This document shows positions 1-6,880 of a stretch of 32,097 nt of DNA, in pieces. Position numbers and translations under genes: made by a program. The notes under the pieces are model-generated. The model did no database searches, had not been told where the DNA came from, and was given only the letters and a program-made list of their open reading frames with translations. Numbering within the stretch: position 1 is the first letter of the stretch; each line of letters begins with the position of its first letter. This DNA comes from a virus (taxonomy: Duplodnaviria; Caudoviricetes), in the IMG/VR virus record IMGVR_UViG_3300005609_000201, positions 1 through 32,097 of that record. One strand, written 5' to 3'.

Positions 1-50
1 TTAATATTGGGAGCAATATAGATATCTCTGATGATGATTTGCCGTTCTAA
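1..50 (+). CDS. ssb: Single-stranded DNA-binding protein, C-terminal end (partial)
   Basis: The frame from position 3 reads NIGSNIDISDDDLPF* (TAA 48-50). DDDLPF is the canonical SSB acidic tip. Confidence 0.75.
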   Translation, partial: NIGSNIDISDDDLPF

Positions 51-71
51 AAATAAAAAAGGAGAAAGAAA

Positions 72-563
72 ATGAGATATTATCTAGGAATAACTGGAAC
101 TGGTGGTAAAGTGGCAGGTAGTTTTGAAGTAGGTGAAATATATGAAAAGTTTGAAGATTTTTCAATAATACGAGAAAATCTTGAATGTTGGTCATATGCT
201 AACATCAATAACAAATGTAGAAGGATTGACAGATTTAAAATGTTTCATAGTAAAAAAAATGATGAACTTCTATGGCAAGGGTGGAACACTGGTTGGGAAA
301 TGCAAAACTATGCAATAGAGATTAAAGACTTTAGAAAAGAAAAATTGCAACTTATTGATGATGTTGCTACGTTTTGGAAATGGAATGAAAAAGACGAATA
401 TGTTACAAAACTACCTCAATCGTTTGCGTATGTTTTTGACCCATACGATGGAGAAATGGCAATTCTAACTTCAATACATCAAGAATGGTTTGATATGATT
501 AAAAGTGGTGAAAAGAAATATGAATACAGAAATATATTACCAATAGCATTGAGAGGTGAATAG
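72..563 (+). CDS. ASCH/PUA-like domain protein, apparently circularly permuted
   Basis: AAGGAG SD at 59-64. The ASCH signature SIHQEWFDMIKSGEKKYEYR (GxKxxExR) lies at the C-terminus, with GKVAGSF, YAIEI and PQSFAYV upstream of it. Confidence 0.7.
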   Translation: MRYYLGITGTGGKVAGSFEVGEIYEKFEDFSIIRENLECWSYANINNKCRRIDRFKMFHSKKNDELLWQGWNTGWEMQNYAIEIKDFRKEKLQLIDDVATFWKWNEKDEYVTKLPQSFAYVFDPYDGEMAILTSIHQEWFDMIKSGEKKYEYRNILPIALRGE

Positions 564-564
564 A

Positions 565-840
565 ATGAAACAAACATCTTTGTTTGGTTTTGAAACAAAT
601 ATTGAAGATATTGTAACAAAAAAAACACTCTCTAAGTTAACTAAAATAGAAAAACATTATAACAAGTATGGATACAATGAAAACGAAAAATGTAAAACTT
701 GCGATAAATTAGTTCGTACTTCATATAATGGCAAAAACTATTACAAGTGTAAAATTATAGGTTTTTCTCATAGTAAAGCAACTGATATTAAAGTGAGGAA
801 TCAAGTAGCTTGTAGTCAATATAATAAAGGAGATAAATAA
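565..840 (+). CDS. Small Cys-rich, putative Zn-binding phage protein
   Basis: CKTC...YYKC...AC pattern. GAGGTG SD at 553-558 favours ATG 565 over GTG 556. Confidence 0.65.
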   Translation: MKQTSLFGFETNIEDIVTKKTLSKLTKIEKHYNKYGYNENEKCKTCDKLVRTSYNGKNYYKCKIIGFSHSKATDIKVRNQVACSQYNKGDK

Positions 841-841
841 A

Positions 842-1495
842 ATGGAGAAAATGGAAAAAGTAAATCTAATAATTGGGAAGTTATTAGAAGATGGTTGGTC
901 AATAAACAATATTAATATGGGTGGAAGAGATAGTGTTGTGGCAACAAAAAAATATGCTGAAATTTCAATAACTACTGAAGAATGTATGTGTCACGGTGGT
1001 AGAATGTGGATTAAAAATAATCATACCAACAGTCATTATGAAATTTCGCACTCTGAATATGACGAAAGTAAAGGAATTATTGATAGTAGTACGGAACTAA
1101 AATATATTATTGAAAATGAAATGATGGATTATGTGAATCGTTTCTCTACAATGGTTTATAAATTAGTGAAAATAAATGAATATGGTAAAAATTATGATGG
1201 TACTCAAAAAGAAAATATTGAATATTTTTCAAATATGAGTAGTGTAACTAAAAGAATTTTAGATAATCATACTAGTGAAATTGAAGATTTTAATATTATT
1301 GAAAAAGAAACTACTCTATATCCTAATAGGAATGTAAAAAAAGAAACTGAAAGAATATATAAAAAAGCTGAATATTCTTGGGAAGAAAATAGGATCTGGT
1401 TTAAAAGTAGTAGGTTAACTAGAAAAAATGAAAAAAAAGAGTTTGAGGTTGAAAGAGAAAATGAAATGTATGTGGAAATTTTTAAGAAGAGATAA
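842..1495 (+). CDS. Hypothetical protein (217 aa)
   Basis: AAGGAG SD upstream; tightly packed between neighbours; no recognisable motif. Confidence 0.7.
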   Translation: MEKMEKVNLIIGKLLEDGWSINNINMGGRDSVVATKKYAEISITTEECMCHGGRMWIKNNHTNSHYEISHSEYDESKGIIDSSTELKYIIENEMMDYVNRFSTMVYKLVKINEYGKNYDGTQKENIEYFSNMSSVTKRILDNHTSEIEDFNIIEKETTLYPNRNVKKETERIYKKAEYSWEENRIWFKSSRLTRKNEKKEFEVERENEMYVEIFKKR

Positions 1496-1517
1496 AAGAC
1501 TATTAATTTAGTCTTTT
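1494..1517 (+). terminator. Intrinsic terminator with TTAATT loop
   Basis: AAAAGACTA-TTAATT-TAGTCTTTT directly at the stop of 842..1495. Confidence 0.7.
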
Positions 1518-1518
1518 C

Positions 1519-1547
1519 TTGTTTGTTGTTGTTGTTTGTGGTAGAAT
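1519..1547 (+). promoter_or_regulatory. SigmaA-like promoter of the HTH-groES-groEL operon
   Basis: TTGTTT-17 bp-TAGAAT with extended -10 TG; the spacer contains (GTT)4. Confidence 0.6.
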
Positions 1548-1566
1548 TTAATTGGAGGTTGATATA

Positions 1567-1749
1567 ATGAATATTTACGAATTGAGAAAAAAATATAATC
1601 TTACTCAAGTAGAAGTAGCAAGAAAAATAGGTGTCTCTATTACAACTGTTCAAAGATGGGAACAAGAAGTTACTAATCCATCTGAAGAAAATCAAAAGAA
1701 ATTAGAGGACCTTAAAGTAGAATTGAAAGAAAGTGAGGGAAGACAATGA
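1567..1749 (+). CDS. Cro/XRE-family helix-turn-helix regulator (60 aa)
   Basis: LRKKYNLTQVEVARKIGVSITTVQRWEQEVTNPS is a typical XRE HTH. GGAGG SD precedes ATG 1567; ATGA overlap with the next gene. Confidence 0.9.
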   Translation: MNIYELRKKYNLTQVEVARKIGVSITTVQRWEQEVTNPSEENQKKLEDLKVELKESEGRQ

Positions 1750-2135
1750 AAATAGAAGCATTTAATGAACATATTATTGTTAGAGTTGATAAAGTTGAAG
1801 AACATACTGATACAAGAACATTAGTTATTCAAGACAACAATAAATCAAGACCATCTATGGGAATTATAGTTTCTCTAGGTGAAAAAGTTGATGATGTTTT
1901 CAAAATAGGAGAAAAGATTGTTTTTAATCCTTTTGCTGGGATTAATATTCCTATCACTTATACTGATGGTCAAGAACAAATTTTATTAGATTATAATGAT
2001 ATTATAGGAAAAGTGGTAGAAGAAAATTGTAACCACGATTGGGAATTTTCGAAAGACACATTAAACAATCGAGTAAAAGGTAAATGCAGAAAATGTGGAA
2101 TTATAGGAACGGGAGAACTACCTTATGGGATATAA
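1746..2135 (+). CDS. groES: GroES-like co-chaperonin (Cpn10) with C-terminal Cys/His extension
   Basis: AFNEHIIVR, GIIVSLG, KIGEKIVF...AG and DIIGKV match Cpn10 motifs; immediately upstream of groEL; extra CxHxW...CxxCG tail. Confidence 0.85.
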   Translation: MKIEAFNEHIIVRVDKVEEHTDTRTLVIQDNNKSRPSMGIIVSLGEKVDDVFKIGEKIVFNPFAGINIPITYTDGQEQILLDYNDIIGKVVEENCNHDWEFSKDTLNNRVKGKCRKCGIIGTGELPYGI

Positions 2136-3753
2136 AATTAATAAAAATCTATACGATAGAACTACAACAATGCAAGGTATACTTGATGGAATGAAACAAG
2201 TATATGACAAAGTAGCAATTACAACTGGTAGTCTAGGAAGACATATAATTATTGAGAATGACTTTGGGATGCCAAAAATAATTAATGACGGAGTCAATAT
2301 CACAAAAGATATTTGGCTAGAAGATAAATTGGAGAACTTAGGAGCTCAATTAATTGTTAGTGCTGCAGATAGAACTGCTAGTAAAGTTGGTGACAATACA
2401 TCAATGACAACTATCTTAACTTACAAGTTTGTTGAAAAAGGTTGGGCCGCATTAAAAGAAAACGAAAAACTTAAAGCAGTACATTTAGTTAATGGAATGC
2501 ATTATCAAGCAAATGAAGTATTGAAAGAATTAATGGGAATGAGAACTCAAGTTTCTTCTCCTCAAGATCTGTTTAATGTAGCTCATATTGCTTCAAGAGA
2601 TGAAAGTGTATCTAATTTAATAGTTCAAGCAATTGATAAAGCTGGGGATAATGGTGTTATTCATATTATTAAGTCTCAAAAAGATGAAGATTATTTAGAA
2701 TTTGCAGAAGGAATGAAAGTAAATAGTGGTTGGTTAACTCCTGAATTAATTTCTAACAAAGAAACAATGGTTGAACAACTAGAAAATCCTTTTGTAATTT
2801 TAATTAATGATAATCTCACTAGACCTAAACCATTAGGAAATATTTTCAATAAAATACTTAGTGATGAAGTTTCTAGTGATAAAGTTTTAATTATTGCAAA
2901 TGATTTTAGTGATGAAGTTCTTTCATTCTTAATTGCCAACAATAATAGAACAGATCTAAAAATTCAAGTCTTTAACACTCCGGGAGTTAATGACAATGAT
3001 AAATTAGAAAATTTACTTGATATTCAAACTATAACTCAAGGAGAAATATTCGAAATACACGGAGGGAATAAGTTAGAAGAAGCTGAACTTGAAGATCTGG
3101 GTAACTTGAACAAAGCAATTATTAAAATTAATGAAAGTTCTTTATATAAAGAAAAAGATGAAAATATAGTTAAAGCAATCGAAAATAGAGTTTCTTATTT
3201 AAAAACTATTTTAGAAGATAAAGAATTAATTAATACTGATCTGAAAAGAGCAATGTTAAAAGAAAGAATTGCTAAGTTAACAAGTGGTGTTGCATTAATT
3301 AGAATTTATGCACCAACTCAAGAAGCATTAGATGATAAATGGGAAAGAACTGAAGATGCATTAAGAAGTGCAAAATCGGCTCTTAGCGAGGGATTACTAC
3401 CGGGGGGAGCTGTTGGGTTGAAAGATGCAACAAACTCTCTTAGAAATTCATTTGAACAAGGTGAGTACGGTAAAGAGTTCAATTTAGGAAGAGAAATTGT
3501 ATTAAATACTCTATATTCGCCATTTATTCAAATACTTAGAAATGCAGAATACACTGATGAAGAAATTGAAAAGTTTATGGATTTACCACAAGGTTTAGGT
3601 GTTAATGTGTTCAATGGAGAGGTTGGTAATATGATGGATAAAGGTGTTATTGATACTTTCTTAGGTGCTAGAATGTCGATTCTAAATGCATTGAGTAGTG
3701 CTACAATGTGCTTGAGAGTCGGAGGTTCAATTACTGTAAAGGAGAAAGAATAG
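2125..3753 (+). CDS. groEL: Divergent GroEL-like group I chaperonin (Cpn60), 542 aa
   Basis: NDGV, LENLGAQL, EGM, ERIAKLTSGVALI, EDAL and EGLLPGG are colinear with GroEL over its full length. Confidence 0.95.
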   Translation: MGYKINKNLYDRTTTMQGILDGMKQVYDKVAITTGSLGRHIIIENDFGMPKIINDGVNITKDIWLEDKLENLGAQLIVSAADRTASKVGDNTSMTTILTYKFVEKGWAALKENEKLKAVHLVNGMHYQANEVLKELMGMRTQVSSPQDLFNVAHIASRDESVSNLIVQAIDKAGDNGVIHIIKSQKDEDYLEFAEGMKVNSGWLTPELISNKETMVEQLENPFVILINDNLTRPKPLGNIFNKILSDEVSSDKVLIIANDFSDEVLSFLIANNNRTDLKIQVFNTPGVNDNDKLENLLDIQTITQGEIFEIHGGNKLEEAELEDLGNLNKAIIKINESSLYKEKDENIVKAIENRVSYLKTILEDKELINTDLKRAMLKERIAKLTSGVALIRIYAPTQEALDDKWERTEDALRSAKSALSEGLLPGGAVGLKDATNSLRNSFEQGEYGKEFNLGREIVLNTLYSPFIQILRNAEYTDEEIEKFMDLPQGLGVNVFNGEVGNMMDKGVIDTFLGARMSILNALSSATMCLRVGGSITVKEKE

Positions 3754-3917
3754 TGAGTTTAAAAAGAAAGATGGAAAGAAACCATTTGAAAAAAGAGAAA
3801 AAAGTTTTCAAACGTTTAGCTGATACTTATGGCTTTGAACTTGTTAAGAAAGTTTGGGATAAAGAAATGTGTCCTTTAAAAGAACTTGAAAGTCATATTT
3901 TAAAAGAAATAGCATAA
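3753..3917 (+). CDS. Small basic hypothetical protein (54 aa)
   Basis: AAGGAG at 3739-3744; GTG 3753 overlaps the groEL stop and is in frame with track ORF 3708..3917. Confidence 0.6.
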   Translation: MSLKRKMERNHLKKEKKVFKRLADTYGFELVKKVWDKEMCPLKELESHILKEIA

Positions 3918-3918
3918 G

Positions 3919-3948
3919 AAAAAGAGTAGATTAATTTCTACTCTTTTT
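3919..3948. terminator. Bidirectional intrinsic terminator between the convergent early and late blocks
   Basis: AAAAAGAGTAGA-TTAATT-TCTACTCTTTTT, a perfect 12-bp inverted repeat with A and T tracts. Confidence 0.88.
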
Positions 3949-4833
3949 TTAATATTGTTGTGGCAAACTTGCTAAGTATCTTAATTGGTCCTCTTGTGAC
4001 ATTCCACCGAAGTCATAAGTTCTTTTAGCTAATAAGTTTTGTAATTGTTGCCCTTTAACACTTTCTTTTGCTCCTGCAATTTGTTGACCTAATAACAATT
4101 GTTGTAATTGTTGAGTGCCAATATCTAACCCCATTGCTTCTAATCCTTTTTCTTGACCCTCTAAATTTAATAGATCTGAATAGTAACCTAAATAAGATAA
4201 GTCTTCCATTCCCTCTAAACCACCAATTTGTCCTCTAAGTTCAGCTTCTTGAATTGCTTTCTCACCATAAATACTTCCTAGTTGTTGTGCAAATTGTGCT
4301 TGTAAATTACTTTGTTCAGCTAAAGCCAATCCACCACTAATTCCATATTTTTGTTGTGCTTCTTCTAAGCCTAACCCCATACCTATTGCACCAGTTTCTG
4401 CTAAACCTAATGCTTGACTTGATAAAATATCTAACAAACTTAATTGACTTTCTAATCCAGCTTGTTGTCTCATTCTTTCTTGTTTAGCCATTTCCTTAGC
4501 TTGGCTCTCTAATCTTCCATAATCAACTGTTTGTTGTGGAGTAGATGGTTGTCTAGTAGCAGTTGGTTGTGTTGTTTTTTCCTGTTTGAAATAGTCTCTA
4601 ACTTGAGAATAACCAGTTTGTGGTGTTGTTTTCTTTGTTGTTGGTGTTATTTCCTCTAGCAAGTCTCTATGTGCAAATCCAGTTTGTGTTGTTCCTCCGT
4701 TTAGGAAGTCTCTATGTGTATAACCAGTTTGTGGTGTTGTTTCTTGTTTCGAACTAAGGCTATCTTTTATCATTTGTGACCTAGTAAGATATTTTTCTTT
4801 TGGCTTTTCAAAAATCCCTCTACCTCTTGGCAT
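3949..4833 (-). CDS. Gln/Gly-rich helical protein, possible internal virion (ejection) protein
   Basis: AAGGAG SD; Q/G/L-rich low-complexity helices and a Thr-rich repeated N-terminus. Function inferred from composition and position only. Confidence 0.5.
   Translation of the reverse strand: MPRGRGIFEKPKEKYLTRSQMIKDSLSSKQETTPQTGYTHRDFLNGGTTQTGFAHRDLLEEITPTTKKTTPQTGYSQVRDYFKQEKTTQPTATRQPSTPQQTVDYGRLESQAKEMAKQERMRQQAGLESQLSLLDILSSQALGLAETGAIGMGLGLEEAQQKYGISGGLALAEQSNLQAQFAQQLGSIYGEKAIQEAELRGQIGGLEGMEDLSYLGYYSDLLNLEGQEKGLEAMGLDIGTQQLQQLLLGQQIAGAKESVKGQQLQNLLAKRTYDFGGMSQEDQLRYLASLPQQY
4590..4745 (-). repeat. Three intragenic TT(P)QTG[YF]..RD repeats
   Basis: ATAACCAGTTTGTGGTGTTGTTT at 4609-4631 and 4720-4742; AAGTCTCTATGTG occurs twice. 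Confidence 0.8.
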
Positions 4834-4844
4834 ATTATCACTCC

Positions 4845-5237
4845 TTAATAATTATTCGAATAATATTTATTCGATTTCATTTGTGGATTGTGTGCCTTAT
4901 CATTTTGTCTCATTTTAACTCTACCACCATTATTTATTGGATTGATAGAATTTAAGTTGTAAGCACCTTTCATTCCAATATAATTTTCTTCATTGTTTGG
5001 CATATAAGTTGTCTCATTAACTTCTAATATACTTGGTAATAAACTCATAAGTTGCATTGTTGTTAATGGATTACTTTCTTGTAAAGCATTAGCAACGAAT
5101 GTTCCAAACTTTTCTGGGTTCTTTTGAATTTCATCAATTGACATATACATATCATAATTACTTTGTAATGCATTAGAAGATGGTTGATACTCTAAACCAT
5201 TTCTCCTATAACCCATTGTGATTCTGTTGTCTTCCAT
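4845..5237 (-). CDS. Hypothetical protein (130 aa, Asn-rich)
   Basis: AAGGAG SD and operon packing. Confidence 0.7.
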   Translation of the reverse strand: MEDNRITMGYRRNGLEYQPSSNALQSNYDMYMSIDEIQKNPEKFGTFVANALQESNPLTTMQLMSLLPSILEVNETTYMPNNEENYIGMKGAYNLNSINPINNGGRVKMRQNDKAHNPQMKSNKYYSNNY

Positions 5238-5249
5238 AATAACAACTCC

Positions 5250-5549
5250 TTATTTAATCGCTCTTTGTAATAATAAATCTAGTTTTTCACTCATTCCTTT
5301 AAAATCTTCTTTAAAATCTTTTTTAAATTCATCAAGTCTACGATGTGATGATTTAGTTGATTGTTCTACAATAACAGTTCTTTCTTGTAAATTGTTATAC
5401 TTATCTTGTTTCACTTCTAGTCTATCTAAGTTGTCACCTACTGAACCAACTTTATTATTTAATTTACCATAAGAAAATGCTAACCCTCCTATAACTACTA
5501 TTAAATTAATAAATGTTGATATCCAAAATGTTGTTGGTAATTCATTCAT
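5250..5549 (-). CDS. Holin-like / XhlA-like membrane protein
   Basis: Single N-terminal TM segment (FINLIVVIGGLAFSY), then a coiled coil with LEVKQDKYNNLQER..EQSTKSSHRRLD, resembling small proteins in the lysis regions of Bacillota phages. Confidence 0.5.
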   Translation of the reverse strand: MNELPTTFWISTFINLIVVIGGLAFSYGKLNNKVGSVGDNLDRLEVKQDKYNNLQERTVIVEQSTKSSHRRLDEFKKDFKEDFKGMSEKLDLLLQRAIK

Positions 5550-5690
5550 ATGCTAGTCCTCTTCGCTCCATAATTTTTTCAATTGTTCTGCTTTTACTTC
5601 AACTAAGTATTAAGACTATACATATCCATAAATTCTAATAATAAATCTCCTATTTTACCTAAAATAATTTCGATATACATTCCTACATTC

Positions 5691-5719
5691 ATTATAGCAC
5701 AACCATTCTATTTAATAAA
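5691..5719 (-). promoter_or_regulatory. Extended -10 sigmaA-like promoter
   Basis: Minus strand TTTATT-17 bp-TATAAT with TGn extension. Confidence 0.5.
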
Positions 5720-5731
5720 AATTTTTGTTTA

Positions 5732-5751
5732 GGGGAGAAATTAATCTCCCC
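5732..5751 (-). terminator. Hairpin/terminator after 5757..6377
   Basis: GGGGAGA-TTAATT-TCTCCCC on the minus strand; weak U-tract. Confidence 0.55.
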
Positions 5752-5756
5752 ATATC

Positions 5757-6377
5757 TTAATCTTGTTTGTTAACGATTGAATAGAATATACCAACTTGAA
5801 CATTGATGGCATTAGAAGCTGCTAGGTCTAATAAATCTACAACATCAGCTTGCAAAATTATATATTTACTACCTACTTCATTTGAATTTTTCAACAATAT
5901 AGGTTGTTTAGATAAATCTCTAAAGTCATTTATAACAACCGATAAATCTATAAATGTTGATGCACCTTGTGTGATTTGAATATCTTTTACTATTTGTTGA
6001 CTAAATGGAACATTAAACGGTACTACTGCAGTAGGGTCTACTGTTACTCTACTTATTGCATCTCCTGTAATTTCATTTACTTCTGTATCTGGCGAACTAC
6101 CACCAGTTATAGCATCTATTTCACCACTAAATGAAGTCAAACTATAAGCACTATCATTTGTAATAGAATTGACATAAAGTTCAGCAAAATGTAAATAAAT
6201 ACTTTCTTTTGGTTTAACCTCAATAGCAAATCTAACTGTATCAGTATCTGAAACTCCAACAAATGAATGTGTTGCAAAGAAACTTTCCTCACGAGTTCTT
6301 GCCTTTTCCAAATTTTCTCCACCTATTGTAGCAACCAGATCATCAAATTGAACTGGTTTTATAAATATTTTACCCAT
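5757..6377 (-). CDS. Hypothetical beta-rich protein, possibly virion-associated (206 aa)
   Basis: GAGGAG SD; follows the fibre/chaperone genes. Confidence 0.65.
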   Translation of the reverse strand: MGKIFIKPVQFDDLVATIGGENLEKARTREESFFATHSFVGVSDTDTVRFAIEVKPKESIYLHFAELYVNSITNDSAYSLTSFSGEIDAITGGSSPDTEVNEITGDAISRVTVDPTAVVPFNVPFSQQIVKDIQITQGASTFIDLSVVINDFRDLSKQPILLKNSNEVGSKYIILQADVVDLLDLAASNAINVQVGIFYSIVNKQD

Positions 6378-6399
6378 AATTGTTACTCCTCTCTATTAT

Positions 6400-6870
6400 T
6401 TAATAACTTAACCACGTTGGTCTAGTTGGTGTAACCATAGTATCAGTTACATTCAACCAATTTTCATACCATAATTCCATTTCATCAAATTGTTTTTGAG
6501 TTACTTGATGTGGTTTATTTGGTTCAGGTTCTATAATCCATTGTCGATTCCAATACTCAAAGCACTCTGTTTTTCTTTGTTCTCTTAGTTTTTCTTTTTG
6601 TTGTTCAATACTTGAAAGGTTCAATTCACTTAATTTAGTTTGATATTCATTTTCAAGCCATACAACTTCATTCTCTAACATATCAAAGCAATTTGTAGCA
6701 TCTTCGATAGAATTAACCTTATCAATTGAATCTTCATCTAAAGCCCATATTTTGACATTCTCACGCATATGCACTTTGTTTAATTTTAATGTAGGTGCAA
6801 ATGATACTTTCGTACCAAATACACATACATTATTAAAAGTTTTATCTAATTCTTTAATTATGTAATTCAT
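6400..6870 (-). CDS. Putative tail fibre assembly chaperone
   Basis: Directly downstream of the fibre gene; the C-terminal LREQR...WYENWLNVTDTMVTPTRPTWL resembles fibre-chaperone endings. Confidence 0.55.
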   Translation of the reverse strand: MNYIIKELDKTFNNVCVFGTKVSFAPTLKLNKVHMRENVKIWALDEDSIDKVNSIEDATNCFDMLENEVVWLENEYQTKLSELNLSSIEQQKEKLREQRKTECFEYWNRQWIIEPEPNKPHQVTQKQFDEMELWYENWLNVTDTMVTPTRPTWLSY

Positions 6871-6880
6871 ATTATTCCTC

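Noticed and set aside
1496-1745. CIRCE/HrcA heat-shock operator upstream of groES
   Set aside because: No TTAGCACTC-N9-GAGTGCTAA-like sequence is present.
5553-5680. 25-codon ORF (MYIEIILGKIG...) and an out-of-frame fragment upstream of the holin-like gene
   Set aside because: No properly spaced SD and no recognisable motif; cannot be told from chance, although a leader peptide or decayed gene is possible.
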